Part shown: positions 39,451 through 54,800 of the stretch, piece after piece
Layout of the letters: each line of letters opens with the position of its first letter
How positions within the stretch are numbered: the stretch's first letter is position 1
Source of the DNA: the human T2T-CHM13v2.0 reference genome, Homo sapiens
Length of the DNA stretch: 64,000 bases
Assembly (NCBI RefSeq): GCF_009914755.1
Contig: NC_060946.1
Strand: one strand, 5' to 3'
Notes under the pieces: generated by a model
Told to the model about the DNA's origin: nothing
Databases searched by the model: none
The model's input: only the letters and a program-made list of their open reading frames with translations
Position numbers and translations under genes: made by a program

Positions 39451-42400
39451 ATATCCACTTGCAGATTCTACAAAAAGAGTGTATCAAAACTGCTCTGTCA
39501 AAAGGAAGGTTCTTCTCTGTTAGGTGAGTGCATACGTCATAAAGGAGTTTCTGAGAATGTTTCTGTCTAGTGGTTATGGGAAGATATTTGTTTTTTCACC
39601 GTAGGCCTCAGAGCGCTCCAAATGTCCACTTGCACATACTACAAAAAGAGTGCTTCAAACCTGCTCTTTGAAACGGAATGTTCAACTCTATGAGTTGAAT
39701 GCAAACATCACAAAGACGTTTCTGAGAATGCTTCTGTCTAGATTTGATATGAAGATATTCCCGTTTCCAACGAAATCTTCAAATCTATCCAAATGTCCAC
39801 TTGCAGATTCAACAAAATGTGTTTTTCAGAACTGCTCTATCAAAAGAAAGATCCACCTCTGTTAGCTGAGTTCACACATCACAAACAAGTTTATGAGAAT
39901 GCTTCTGTCTAGTTTTTATTTGAAGATATTTCCTTTCTCACCATAGACCTGAAAGCTGTCCTAATGTTCACTTCCAGATACTACAGAAAGAGTGTTTCAA
40001 AACTGCTGTACGAAAGGGAATGTTCAACTCTGTGACTTGAATGCACACATCACAAAGAAGTTTCTGAGGATGCTGCTGTCTACTTTTTATACGTAATCCT
40101 GTTTCCAACGAAATCCTCCAAGCTATCCAAATATCCACTTGCAGATTCCACAGAAAGAATGTTTCAAAACTGCTCTGTCAATAGAAAGGTTCAACTCAGT
40201 TAGCTGCGTGCATATATCCCAAAGAAGATTCTGAGATTGCTTCTGTCTAGTTTTTATGGGAAGATATTTCCCTTTTCACCGTAGGCGTCAAGGCGCTCCA
40301 AATGTCCACTTCCAGATGCTACAAAAAGAGTGTTTCAAACCTAATCTGTGAAAGGGAATATTCAACTCTGTAACTTGAATGCACATATCACAAAGAAGTT
40401 TCTGAGAATGCTTCTGTCGAGATTTTATGTGAAGATATTCCCGTTTCCAACGAAATCCTGAAATCTATCCAAATATCCCCTCGCAGATTCTACAAAAAGA
40501 GTGTTTCAAAACTGCTCTGTAAAAAGAAAGGTTCAACTCTGTTAGTTGAGTACACACATCACAAACAAGTTTCACAGAATGCTTCTTTCTAGCTTGTAGG
40601 GGAAGATATTCCCTTCATCACCATGGGCCTCAAACCGTCCGAAACGTCCACTTCCATATACTACAAAAAGAGCGTTTCAAACCTGCTCTATGAAAGGCAA
40701 TGTTCAACTCTGTGACTTGAATGCAGACATCACAGAGCAGTTTCTGAGAATGCTTCTGTCTAGATTTTATAGGAAGATATTCCCGTTTCCAACGAAATCT
40801 TCACAGCTATCCAAATATCCACTTGCAGATTCTACAAAAAGTGTGTATCAAAACTGCTCTGTCATAAGGAAGGTTCTTCTCTGTTAGGTGAGTGCATACG
40901 TCATAAAGGAGTTTCTGAGAATGTTTCTGTCTAGTGGTTATGGGAAGATATTTGCTTTTTCACCGTAGGCCTCAGAGCGCTCCAAATGTCCACTTGCACA
41001 TACTACAAAAAGAGTGCTTCAAACCTGCTCTCTGAAACGGAATGTTCAACTCTATGAGTTGAATGCAAACATCACAAAGACGTTTCTGAGAATGCTTCTG
41101 TCTAGATTTGATATGAAGATATTCCCGTTTCCAACGAAATCTTCAAATCTATCCAAATGTCCACTTGCAGATTCAACAAAATGTGTTTTTCAGAACTGCT
41201 CTATCAAAAGAAAGATCCACCTCTGTTAGCTGAGTTCACACATCACAAACAAGTTTATGAGAATGCTTCTGTCTAGTTTTTATTTGAAGATATTTCCTTT
41301 CTCACCATAGACCTGAAAGCTGTCCTAATGTTCACTTCCAGATACTACAGAAAGAGTGTTTCAAAACTGCTGTACGAAAGGGAATGTTCAACTCTGTGAC
41401 TTGAATGCACACATCACAAAGAAGTTTCTGAGGATGCTGCTGTCTACTTTTTATACGTAATCCCGTTTCCAACGAAATCCTCCAAGCTATCCAAATATCC
41501 ACTTGCAGATTCCACAGAAAGACTGTTTCAAAACTGCTCTGTCTATAGAAAGGTTCAACTCTGTTAGCTGCGTGCATATATCCCAAAGACGATTCTGAGA
41601 TTGCTTCTGTCTAGTTTTTATGGGAAGATATTTCCCTTTTCACCGTAGGCGTCAAGGCGCTCCAAATGTCCACTTCCAGATGCTACAAAAAGAGTGTTTC
41701 AAACCTACTCTGTGAAAGGGAATATTCAACTCTGTGACTTGAATGCAGATATCACAAAGAAGTTTCTGAGAATGCTTCTGTCGAGATTTTATATGAAGAT
41801 ATTCCCGTTTCCAACGAAATCCTGAAATCTATCCAAATATCCCCTTGCAGATTCTACAAAAAGAGTGTTTCAAAACTGCTCTGTAAAAAGAAAGGTTCAA
41901 CTCTGTTAGTTGAGTACACACATCACAACAAGTTTCACAGAATGCTTCTTTCTAGCTTGTAGGGGAAGATATTTCCTTTATCACCATGGGCCTCAAACCA
42001 TCCGAAACGTCCACTTCCATATACTAAAAAAAGAGTGTTTGAAACCTGCTCTATGAAAGGCAATGTTCAACTCTGTGACTTGAATGCAGACATCACAGAG
42101 CAGTTTCTGAGAATGCTTCTGTCCAGACTTTATAGGAAGATATTCCCGTTTCCAACGAAATCTTCACAGCTATCCAAATATCCACTTGCAGATACTACAA
42201 AAAGAATGTATCAAAAATGCTCTGTCAAAAGGAAAGTTCTTCTCTGCTAGTTGAGTACATACGTCATAAAGAAGTTTCTGAGAATGTTTCTGTCTAGTGG
42301 TTATGGGAAGATATTTGCTTTTTCACCGTAGGCCTCGGAGCGCTCCAAATGTCCACTTGCACATGCTACAAAAAGAGTGCTTCAAAGCTGCTCTCTGAAA

Positions 42401-45400
42401 GGGAATGTTCAACTCTATGAGTTGAATGTAAACATCACAAAGACGTTTCTGAGAATGCGTCTGTCTAGATTTGATATGAAGATATTCCCGTTTCCAACGA
42501 AATCTTCAAATCTATCCAAATCTCCACTTGCAGATTCAACAAAAAGTGTTTTTCACAACTGCTGTATCAAAAGAAAGATCCACGTCTGTTAGCTGAGTTC
42601 ACACATCACAAACAAGTTTATGAGAATGCTTCTGTCTAGTTTTTATTTGAAGATATTTCCTTTCTCACCATAGACCTGAAAGCTGTCGTAATGTTTACTT
42701 CCAGATACTACAGAAAGAGTGTTTCAAAACTGCTGTACGAAAGGGAATGTTCAACTCTGTGACTTGAATGCACACATCACAAAGAAGTTTCTGAGGATGC
42801 TGCTGTCTACTTTTTATACGTAATCCCGTTTCCAACGAAATCCTCCAAGCTATCCAAATATCCACTTGCAGATTCCACAGAAAGACTGTTTCAAAACTGC
42901 TCTGTCAATAGAAAGGTTCAACTCTGTTAGCTGCGTGCATATATCCCAAAGAAGATTCTGAGATTGCTTCTGTCTAGTTTTTTTGGGAAGATATTTCCCT
43001 TTTCACCGTAGGCGTCAAGGCGCTCCAAATGTCCACTTCCAGATACTACAAAAAGAGTGTTTCAAGCCTACTCTGTGAAAGGGAATATTCAACTCTGTGA
43101 CTTGAATGCACATATCACAAAGAAGTTTCTGAGAATGCTTCTGTCGAGATTTTATATGAAGATATTCCCGTTTCCAACGAAATCCTGAAATCTATCCAAA
43201 TATCCCCTCGCAGATTCTACAAAAAGAGTGTTTCAAAACTGCTCTGTAAAAAGAAAGGTTCAACTCTGTTAGTTGAGTACACACATCACAAACAAGTTTC
43301 ACAGAATGCTTCTTTCTAGCTTGTAGGGGAAGATATTCCCTTTATCACCATGGTCCTCAAACCGTCCGAAACGTCCACTTCCATATACTACAAAAAGAGC
43401 GTTTCAAACCTGCTCTATGAAAGGCAATGTTCAACTCTGTGACTTGAATGCAGACATCACAGAGCAGTTTCTGAGAATGCTTCTGTCCAGACTTTATAGG
43501 AAGATATTCCCGTTTCCAACGAAATCTTCACAGCTATCCAAATATCCACTTGCAGATACTACAAAAAGAATATATCAAAAATGCTCTGTCAAAAGGAAAG
43601 TTCTTCTCTGCTAGTTGAGTGCATACGTCATAAAGAAGTTTCTGAGAATGTTTCTGTCTAGTGGTTATGGGAAGATATTAGCTTTTTCCCCGTAGACCTC
43701 AGAGCGCTCCAAATGTCCACTTGCACATGCTACAAAAAGAGTGCTTCAAAGCTGCTCTCTGAAAGGGAATGTTCAACTCTATGAGTTGAATGTAAACATC
43801 ACAAAGACGTTTCTGAGAATGCTTCTGTCTAGATTTGATATGAAGATATTCCCGTTTCCAACGAAATCTTCAAATCTATCCAAATGTCCACTTGCAGATT
43901 CAACAAAAAGTGTTTTTCAAAACTGCTGTATCAAAAGAAAGATCCACGTCTGTTAGCTGAGTTCACACATCACAAACAAGTTTATGAGAATGCTTCTGTC
44001 TAGTTTTTATTTGAAGATATTTCCTTTCTCACCATAGACCTGAAAGCTGTCCTAATGTTCACTTCCAGATACTACAGAAAGAGTGTTTCAAAACTGCTGT
44101 ATGAAAGGGAATGTTCAACTCTGTGACTTGAATGCACACATCACAAAGAAGTTTCTGAGGATGCTGCTGTCTACTTTTTATATGTAATCCCGTTTCCAAC
44201 GAAATCCTCCAAGCTATCCAAATATCCACTTGCAGATTCCACAGAAAGACTGTTTCAAAACTGCTCTGTCAATAGAAAGGTTCAACTCTGTTAGCTGCGT
44301 GCATATATCCCAAAGAAGATTCTGAGATTGCTTCTGTCTAGTTTTTATGGGAAGATATTTCCCTTTTCACCGTAGGTGTCAAGGCGCTCCAAATGTCCAC
44401 TTCCAGATACTACAAAAAGAGTGTTTCAAACCTACTCTGTGAAAGGGAATATTCAACTCTGTGACTTGAATGCAGATATCACAAAGAAGTTTCTGATAAT
44501 GCTTCTGTCGAGATTTTATATGAAGATATTCCCGTTTCCAACGAAATCCTGAAATCTATCCAAATATCCCCTCGCAGATTCTACAAAAAGAGTGTTTCAA
44601 AACTGCTCTGTAAAAAGAAAGGTTCAACTCTGTTAGTTGAGTACACACATCACAAACAAGTTTCACAGAATGCTTCTTTCTAGCTTGTAGGGGAAGATAT
44701 TCCCTTTATCACCATGGGCCTCCAACCGTCCGAAACATCCACTTCCATATACTACAAAAAGAGCGTTTCAAACCTGCTCTATGAAAGGCAATGTTCAACT
44801 CTGTGACTTGAAAGCAGACATCACAGAGCAGTTTCTGAGAATGCTTCTGTCTAGATTTTATAGGAAGATATTCCCGTTTCCAACGAAATCTTCACAGCTA
44901 TCCAAATATCCACTTGCAGATTCTACAAAAAGAGTGTATCAAAACTGCTCTGTCAAAAGGAAGGTTCTTCTCTGTTAGGTGAGTGCATACGTCATAAAGG
45001 AGTTTCTGAGAATGTTTCTGTCTAGTGGTTATGGGAAGATATTTGCTTTTTCACCGTAGGCCTCAGAGCGCTCCAAATATCCACTTGCACATACTACAAA
45101 AAGAGTGCCTCAAAGCTGCTCTCTGAAACGGAATGTTCAACTCTATGAGTTGAATGCAAACATCACAAAGACGTTTCTGAGAATGCTTCTGTCTAGATTT
45201 GATATGAAGATATTCCCGTTTCCAACGAAATCTTCAAATCTATCCAAATGTCCACTTGCAGATTCAACAAAAAGTGTTTTTCAGAACTGCTCTATCAAAA
45301 GAAAGATCCACCTCTGTTAGCTGAGTTCACACATCACAAACAAGTTTATGAGAATGCTTCTGTCTAGTTTTTATTTGAAGATATTTCCTTTCTCACCATA

Positions 45401-48400
45401 GACCTGAAAGCTGTCCTAATGTTCACTTCCAGATACTACAGAAAGAGTGTTTCAAAACTGCTGTACGAAAGGGAATGTTCAACTCTGTGACTTGAATGCA
45501 CACATCACAAAGAAGTTTCTGAGGATGCTGCTGTCTACTTTTTATACGTAATCCCGTTTCCAACGAAATCCTCCAAGCTATCCAAATATCCACTTGCAGA
45601 TTCCACAGAAAGACTGTTTCAAAACTGCTCTGTCAATAGAAAGGTTCAACTCTGTTAGCTGCGTGCATATATCCCAAAGAAGATTCTGAGATTGCTTCTG
45701 TCTAGTTTTTATGGGAAGATATTTCCCTTTTCACCGTAGGCGTCAAGGCGCTCCAAATGTCCACTTCCAGATACTACAAAAAGAGTGTTTCAAACCTACT
45801 CTGTGAAAGCGAATATTCAACTCTGTGACTTGAATGCACATATCACAAAGAAGTTTCTGAGAATGCTTCTGTCGAGATTTTATATGAAGATATTCCCGTT
45901 TCCAACGAAATCCTGAAATCTATCCAAATATCCCCTCGCAGATTCTACAAAAAGAGTGTTTCAAAACTGCTCTGTAAAAAGAAAGGTTCAACTCTGTTAC
46001 TTGAGTACACACATCACAAACAAGTTTCACAGAATGCTTCTTTCTAGCTTGTAGGGGAAGATATTCCCTTTATCACCATGGGCCTCCAACCGTCCGAAAC
46101 GTCCACTTCCATATACTACAAAAAGAGCGTTTCAAACCTGCTCTAGGAAAGGCAATGTTCAACTCTGTGACTTGAATGCAGACATCACAGAGCAGTTTCT
46201 GAGAATGCTTCTGTCTAGATTTTATAGGAAGATATTCCCGTTTCCAACGAAATCTTCACAGCTATCCAAATATCCACTTGCAGATTCTACAAAAAGAGTG
46301 TATCAAAACTGCTCTGTCAAAAGGAAGGTTCTTCTCTGTTAGGTGAGTGCATACGTCATAAAGGAGTTTCTGAGAATGTTTCTGTCTAGTGGTTATGGGA
46401 AGATATTTGCTTTTTCACCGTAGGCCTCAGAGCGCTCCAAATATCCACTTGCACATACTACAAAAAGAGTGCCTCAAAGCTGCTCTTTGAAACGGAATGT
46501 TCAACTCTATGAGTTGAATGCAAACATCACAAAGACGTTTCTGAGAATGCTTCTGTCTAGATTTGATATGAAGATATTCCCGTTTCCAACGAAATCTTCA
46601 AATCTATCCAAATGTCCACTTGCATAATCAACAAAAAGTGTTTTTCAGAACTGCTCTATCAAAAGAAAGATCCACCTCTGTTAGCTGAGTTCACACATCA
46701 CAAACAAGTTTATGAGAATGCTTCTGTCTAGTTTTTATTTGAAGATATTTCCTTTCTCACCATAGACCTGAAAGCTGTCCTAATGTTCACTTCCAGATAC
46801 TACAGAAAGAGTGTTTCAAAACTGCTGTACGAAAGGGAATGTTCAACTCTGTGACTTGAATGCACACATCACAAAGAAGTTTCTGAGGATGCTGCTGTCT
46901 ACTTTTTATACGTAATACCGTTTCCAACGAAATCCTCCAAGCTATCCAAATATCCACTTGCAGATTCCACAGAAAGACTGTTTCAAAACTGCTCTGTCAA
47001 TAGAAAGGTTCAACTCTGTTAGCTGCGTGCATATATCCCAAAGAAGATTCTGAGATTGCTTCTGTCTAGTTTTTATGGGAAGATATTTCCCTTTTCACCG
47101 TAGGCGTCAAGGCGCTCCAAATGTCCACTTCCAGATACTACAAAAAGAGTGTTTCAAACCTACTCTGTGAAAGCGAATATTCAACTCTGTGACTTTAATG
47201 CACATATCACAAAGAAGTTTCTGAGAATGCTTCTGTCGAGATTTTATATGAAGATATTCCCGTTTCCAACGAAATCCTGAAATCTATCCAAATATCCCCT
47301 CGCAGATTCTACAAAAAGAGTGTTTCAAAACTGCTCTGTAAAAAGAAAGGTTCAACTCTGTTAGTTGAGTACACACATCACAAACAAGTTTCACAGAATG
47401 CTTCTTTCTAGCTTGTAGGGGAAGATATTCCCTTTCTCACCATGGGCCTCCAACCGTCCGAAACATCCACTTCCATATACTACAAAAAGAGCGTTTCAAA
47501 CCTGCTCTATGAAAGGCAATGTTCAACTCTGTGACTTGAATGCAGACATCACAGAGCAGTTTCTGAGAATGCTTCTGTCTAGATTTTATAGGAAGATATT
47601 CCCGTTTCCAACGAAATCTTCACAGCTATCCAAATATCCACTTGCAGATTCTACAAAAAGAGTGTATCAAAACTGCTCTGTCAAAAGGAAGGTTCTTCTC
47701 TGTTAGGTGAGTGCATACGTCATAAAGGAGTTTCTGAGAATGTTTCTGTCTAGTGGTTATGGGAAGATATTTGCTTTTTCACCGTAGGCCTCAGAGCGCT
47801 CCAAATATCCACTTGCACATACTACAAAAAGAGTGCCTCAAAGCTGCTCTCTGAAACGGAATGTTCAACTCTATGAGTTGAATGCAAACATCACAAAGAC
47901 GTTTCTGAGAATGCTTCTGTCTAGATTTGATATGAAGATATTCCCGTTTCCAACGAAATCTTCAAATCTATCCAAATGTCCACTTGCAGATTCAACAAAA
48001 AGTGTTTTTCAGAACTGCTCTATCAAAAGAAAGATCCACCTCTGTTAGCTGAGTTCACACATCACAAACAAGTTTATGAGAATGCTTCTGTCTAGTTTTT
48101 ATTTGAAGATATTTCCTTTCTCACCATAGACCTGAAAGCTGTCCTAATGTTCACTTCCAGATACTACAGAAAGAGTGTTTCAAAACTGCTGTACGAAAGG
48201 GAATGTTCAACTCTGTGACTTGAATGCACACATCACAAAGAAGTTTCTGAGGATGCTGCTGTCTACTTTTTATACGTAATCCCGTTTCCAACGAAATCCT
48301 CCAAGCTATCCAAATATCCACTTGCAGATTCCACAGAAAGACTGTTTCAAAACTGCTCTGTCAATAGAAAGGTTCACCTCTGTTAGCTGCGTGCATATAT

Positions 48401-48804
48401 CCCAAAGAAGATTCTGAGATTGCTTCTGTCTAGTTTTTATGGGAAGATATTTCCCTTTTCACCGTAGGCGTCAAGGCGCTCCAAATGTCCACTTCCAGAT
48501 ACTACAAAAAGAGTGTTTCAAACCTACTCTGTGAAAGGGAATATTCAACTCTGTGACTTGAATGCACATATCACAAAGAAGTTTCTGATAATGCTTCTGT
48601 CGAGATTTTATATGAAGATATTCCCGTTTCCAACGAAATCCTGAAATCTATCCAAATATCCCCTCGCAGATTCTACAAAAAGAGTGTTTCAAAACTGCTC
48701 TGTAAAAAGAAAGGTTCAACTCTGTTAGTTGAGTACACACATCACAAACAAGTTTCACAGAATGCTTCTTTCTAGCTTGTAGGGGAAGATATTCCCTTTA
48801 TCAC

Positions 48805-51800
48805 CATGGTCCTCAAACCGTCGGAAACGTCCACTTCCATATACTACAAAAAGAGCGTTTCAAACCTGCTCTAGGAAAGGCAATGTTCAACTCTGTGACT
48901 TGAATGCAGACATCACAGAGCAGTTTCTGAGAATGCTTCTGTCTAGATTTTATAGGAAGATATTCCCGTTTCCAATGAAATCTTCACAGCTATCCAAATA
49001 TCCACTTGCAGATTCTACAAAAAGAGTGTATCAAAACTGCTCTGTCAAAAGGAAGGTTCTTCTCTGTTAGGTGAGTGCATACGTCATAAAGGAGTTTCTG
49101 AGAATGTTTCTGTCTAGTGGTTATGGGAAGATATTTGCTTTTTCACCGTAGGCCTCAGAGCGCTCCAAATATCCACTTGCACATACTACAAAAAGAGTGC
49201 CTCAAAGCTGCTCTCTGAAACGGAATGTTCAACTCTATGAGTTGAATGCAAACATCACAAAGACGTTTCTGAGAATGCTTCTGTCTAGATTTGATATGAA
49301 GATATTCCCGTTTCCAACGAAATCTTCAAATCTATCCAAATGTCCACTTGCATAATCAACAAAAAGTGTTTTTCAGAACTGCTCTATCAAAAGAAAGATC
49401 CACCTCTGTTAGCTGAGTTCACACATCACAAACAAGTTTATGAGAATGCTTCTGTCTAGTTTTTATTTGAAGATATTTCCTTTCTCACCATAGACCTGAA
49501 AGCTGTCCTAATGTTCACTTCCAGATACTACAGAAAGAGTGTTTCAAAACTGCTGTATGAAAGGGAATGTTCAACTCTGTGACTTGAATGCACACATCAC
49601 AAAGAAGTTTCTGAGGATGCTGCTGTCTACTTTTTATACGTAATCCCGTTTCCAACGAAATCCTCCAAGCTATCCAAACATCCACTTGCAGATTCCACAG
49701 AAAGACTGTTTCAAAACTGCTCTGTCAATAGAAAGGTTCAACTCTGTTAGCTGCGTGCATATATCCCAAAGAAGATTCTGAGATTACTTCTGTCTAGTTT
49801 TTATGGGAAGATATTTCCCTTTTCACCGTAGGCGTCAAGGCGCTCCAAATGTCCACTTCCAGATACTACAAAAAGAGTGTTTCAAACCTACTCTGTGAAA
49901 GCGAATATTCAACTCTGTGGCTTGAATGCACATATCACAAAGAAGTTTCTGAGAATGCTTCTGTCGAGATTTTATATGAAGATATTCCCGTTTCCAACGA
50001 AATCCTGAAATCTATCCAAATATCCCCTCGCAGATTCTACAAAAAGAGTGTTTCAAAACTGCTCTGTAAAAAGAAAGGTTCAACTCTGTTAGTTGAGTAC
50101 ACACATCACAAACAAGCTTCACAGAATGCTTCTTTCTAGCTTGTAGGGGAAGATATTCCCTTTATCACCATGGGCCTCCAACCGTCCGAAACATCCACTT
50201 CCATATACTACAAAAAGAGCGTTTCAAACCTGCTCTAGGAAAGGCAATGTTCAACTCTGTGACTTGAATGCAGACATCACAGAGCAGTTTCTGAGAATGC
50301 TTCTGTCTAGATTTTATAGGAAGATATTCCCGTTTCCAACGAAATCTTCACAGCTATCCAAATATCCACTTGCAGATTCTACAAAAAGAGTGTATCAAAA
50401 CTGCTCTGTCAAAAGGAAGGTTCTTCTCTGTTAGGTGAGTGCATACGTCATAAAGGAGTTTCTGAGAATGTTTCTGTCTAGTGGTTATGGGAAGATATTT
50501 GCTTTTTCACCGTAGGCCTCAGAGCGCTCCAAATATCCACTTGCACATACTACAAAAAGAGTGCCTCAAAGCTGCTCTCTGAAACGGAATGTTCAACTCT
50601 ATGAGTTGAATGGAAACATCACAAAGACGTTTCTGAGAATGCTTCTGTCTAGATTTGATATGAAGATATTCCCGTTTCCAACGAAATCTTCAAATCTATC
50701 CAAATGTCCACTTCTATAATCAACAAAAAGTGTTTTTCAGAACTGCTCTATCAAAAGAAAGATCCACCTCTGTTAGCTGAGTTCACACATCACAAACAAG
50801 TTTATGAGAATGCTTCTGTCTAGTTTTTATTTGAAGATATTTCCTTTCTCACCATAGACCTGAAAGCTGTCCTAATGTTCACTTCCAGATACTACAGAAA
50901 GAGTGTTTAAAAACTGCTGTACGAAAGGGAATGTTCAACTCTGTGACTTGAATGCACACATCACAAAGAAGTTTCTGAGGATGCTGCTGTCTACTTTTTA
51001 TACGTAATCCTGTTTCCAACGAAATCCTCCAAGCTATCCAAATATCCACTTGCAGATTCCACAGAAAGAATGTTTCAAAACTGCTCTGTCAATAGAAAGG
51101 TTCAACTCAGTTAGCTGCGTGCATATATCCCAAAGAAGATTCTGAGATTGCTTCTGTCTAGTTTTTATGGGAAGATGTTTCCCTTTTCACCGTAGGCGTC
51201 AAGGCGCTCCAAATGTCCACTTCCAGATACTACAAAAAGAGTGTTTCAAACCTAATCTGTGAAAGGGAATATTCAACTCTGTAACTTGAATGCACATATC
51301 ACAAAGAAGTTTCTGAGAATGCTTCTGTCGAGATTTTATGTGAAGATATTCCCGTTTCCAACGAAATCCTGAAATCTATCCAAATATCCCCTCGCAGATT
51401 CTACAAAAAGAGTGTTTCAAAACTGCTCTGTAAAAAGAAAGGTTCAACTCTGTTAGTTGAGTACACACATCACAAACAAGTTTCACAGAATGCTTCTTTC
51501 TAGCTTGTAGGGGAAGATATTCCCTTCATCACCATGGGCCTCAAACCGTCCGAAACGTCCACTTCCATATACTACAAAAAGAGCGTTTCAAACCTGCTCT
51601 ATGAAAGGCAATGTTCAACTCTGTGACTTGAATGCAGACATCACAGAGCAGTTTCTGAGAATGCTTCTGTCTAGATTTTATAGGAAGATATTCCCGTTTC
51701 CAACGAAATCTTCACAGCTATCCAAATATCCACTTGCAGATTCTACAAAAAGAGAGTATCAAAACTGCTCTGTCTAAAGGAAGGTTCTTCTCTGTTAGGT

Positions 51801-54800
51801 GAGTGCATACGTCATAAAGGAGTTTCTGAGAATGTTTCTGTCTAGTGGTTATGGGAAGATATTTGCTTTTTCACCGTAGGCCTCAGAGCGCTCCAAATGT
51901 CCACTTGCATATACTACAAAAAGAGTGCTTCAAACCTGCTCTCTGAAACGGAATGTTCAACTCTATGAGTTGAATGCAAACATCACAAAGACGTTTCTGA
52001 GAATGCTTCTGTCTAGATTTGATATGAAGATATTCCCGTTTCCAACGAAATCTTCAAATCTATCCAAATGTCCACTTGCAGATTCAACAAAATGTGTTTT
52101 TCAGAACTGCTCTATCAAAAGAAAGATCCACCTCTGTTAGCTGAGTTCACACATCACAAACAAGTTTATGAGAATGCTTCTGTCTAGTTTTTATTTGAAG
52201 ATATTTCCTTTCTCACCATAGACCTGAAAGCTGTCCTAATGTTCACTTCCAGATACTACAGAAAGAGTGTTTCAAAACTGCTGTACGAAAGGGAATGTTC
52301 AACTCTGTGACTTGAATGCACACATCACAAAGAAGTTTCTGAGGATGCTGCTGTCTACTTTTTATACGTAATCCCGTTTCCAACGAAATCCTCCAAGCTA
52401 TCCAAATATCCACTTGCAGATTCCACAGAAAGACTGTTTCAAAACTGCTCTGTCTATAGAAAGGTTCAACTCTGTTAGCTGCGTGCATATATCCCAAAGA
52501 CGATTCTGAGATTGCTTCTGTCTAGTTTTTATGGGAAGATATTTCCCTTTTCACCGTAGGCGTCAAGGCGCTCCAAATGTCCACTTCCAGATGCTACAAA
52601 AAGAGTGTTTCAAACCTACTCTGTGAAAGGGAATATTCAACTCTGTGACTTGAATGCAGATATCACAAAGAAGTTTCTGAGAATGCTTCTGTCGAGATTT
52701 TATATGAAGATATTCCCGTTTCCAACGAAATCCTGAAATCTATCCAAATATCCCCTTGCAGATTCTACAAAAAGAGTGTTTCAAAACTGCTCTGTAAAAA
52801 GAAAGGTTCAACTCTGTTAGTTGAGTACACACATCACAGCAAGTTTCACAGAATGCTTCTTTCTAGCTTGTAGGGGAAGATATTTCCTTTATCACCATGG
52901 GCCTCAAACCATCCGAAACGTCCACTTCCATATACTAAAAAAAGAGTGTTTGAAACCTGCTCTATGAAAGGCAATGTTCAACTCTGTGACTTGAATGCAG
53001 ACATCACAGAGCAGTTTCTGAGAATGCTTCTGTCCAGACTTTATAGGAAGATATTCCCGTTTCCAACGAAATCTTCACAGCTATCCAAATATCCACTTGC
53101 AGATACTACAAAAAGAATGTATCAAAAATGCTCTGTCAAAAGGAAAGTTCTTCTCTGCTAGTTGAGTACATACGTCATAAAGAAGTTTCTGAGAATGTTT
53201 CTGTCTAGTGGTTATGGGAAGATATTTGCTTTTTCACCGTAGGCCTCAGAGCGCTCCAAATGTCCACTTGCACATGCTACAAAAAGAGTGCTTCAAAGCT
53301 GCTCTCTGAAAGGGAATGTTCAACTCTATGAGTTGAATGTAAACATCACAAAGACGTTTCTGAGAATGCGTCTGTCTAGATTTGATATGAAGATATTCCC
53401 GTTTCCAACGAAATCTTCAAATCTATCCAAATGTCCACTTGCAGATTCAACAAAAAGTGTTTTTCAAAACTGCTGTATCAAAAGAAAGATCCACGTCTGT
53501 TAGCTGAGTTCACACATCACAAAGAAGTTTATGAGAATGCTTCTGTCTAGTTTTTATTTGAAGATATTTCCTTTCTCACCATAGACCTGAAAGCTGTCGT
53601 AATGTTTACTTCAAGATACTACAGAAAGAGTGTTTCAAAACTGCTGTACGAAACGGAATGTTCAACTCTGTGACTTGAATGCACACATCACAAAGAAGTT
53701 TCTGAGGATGCTGCTGTCTACTTTTTATACGTAATCCCGTTTCCAACGAAATCCTCCAAGCTATCCAAATATCCACTTGTAGATTCCACAGAAAGACTGT
53801 TTCAAAACTGCTCTGTCAATAGAAAGGTTCAACTCTGTTAGCTGCGTGCATATATCCCAAAGAAGATTCTGAGATTGCTTCTGTCTAGTTTTTATGGGAA
53901 GATATTTCCCTTTTCACCGTAGGTGTCAAGGCGCTCCAAATGTCCACTTCCAGATACTACAAAAAGAGTGTTTCAAACCTACTCTGTGAAAGGGAATATT
54001 CAACTCTGTGACTTGAATGCACATATCACAAAGAAGTTTCTGAGAATGCTTCTGTCGAGATTTTATATGAAGATATTCCCGTTTCCAACGAAATCCTGAA
54101 ATCTATCCAAGTATCCCCTCGCAGATTCTACAAAAAGAGTGTTTCAAAACTGTTCTGTAAAAAGAAAGGTTCAACTCTGTTAGTTGAGTACACACATCAC
54201 AAACAAGTATCACAGAATGCTTCTTTCTAGCTTGTAGGGGAAGATATTCCCTTTATCACCATGGGCCTCAAACCGTCCGAAACGTCCACTTCCATATACT
54301 TCAAAAAGAGCGTTTCAAACCTGCTCTATGAAAGGCAATGTTCAACTCTGTGACTTGAATGCAGACATCACAGAGCTGTTTCTGAGAATGCTTCTGTCTA
54401 GATTTTATAGGAAGATATTCCCGTTTCCAACGAAATCTTCACAGCTATCCAAATATCCACTTGCAGATTCTACAAAAAGAGTGTATCCAAACTGCTCTGT
54501 CAAAAGGAAGGTTCTTCTCTGTTAGGTGAGTGCATACGTCATAAAGGAGTTTCTGAGAATGTTTCTGTCTAGTGGTTATGGGAAGATATTTGCTTTTTCA
54601 CCGTAGGCCTCAGAGCGCTCCAAATATCCACTTGCACATACTACAAAAAGAGTGCCTCAAAGCTGCTCTCTGAAACGGAATGTTCAACTCTATGAGTTGA
54701 ATTCAAACATCACAAAGACGTTTCTGAGAATGCTTCTGTCTAGATTTGATATGAAGATATTCCCGTTTCCAACGAAATCTTCAAATCTATCCAAATGTCC

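Noticed and set aside
44700-50400. Calling this stretch the kinetochore (CENP-A / hypomethylated) site
   Set aside because: That position is set epigenetically and cannot be inferred from sequence alone.
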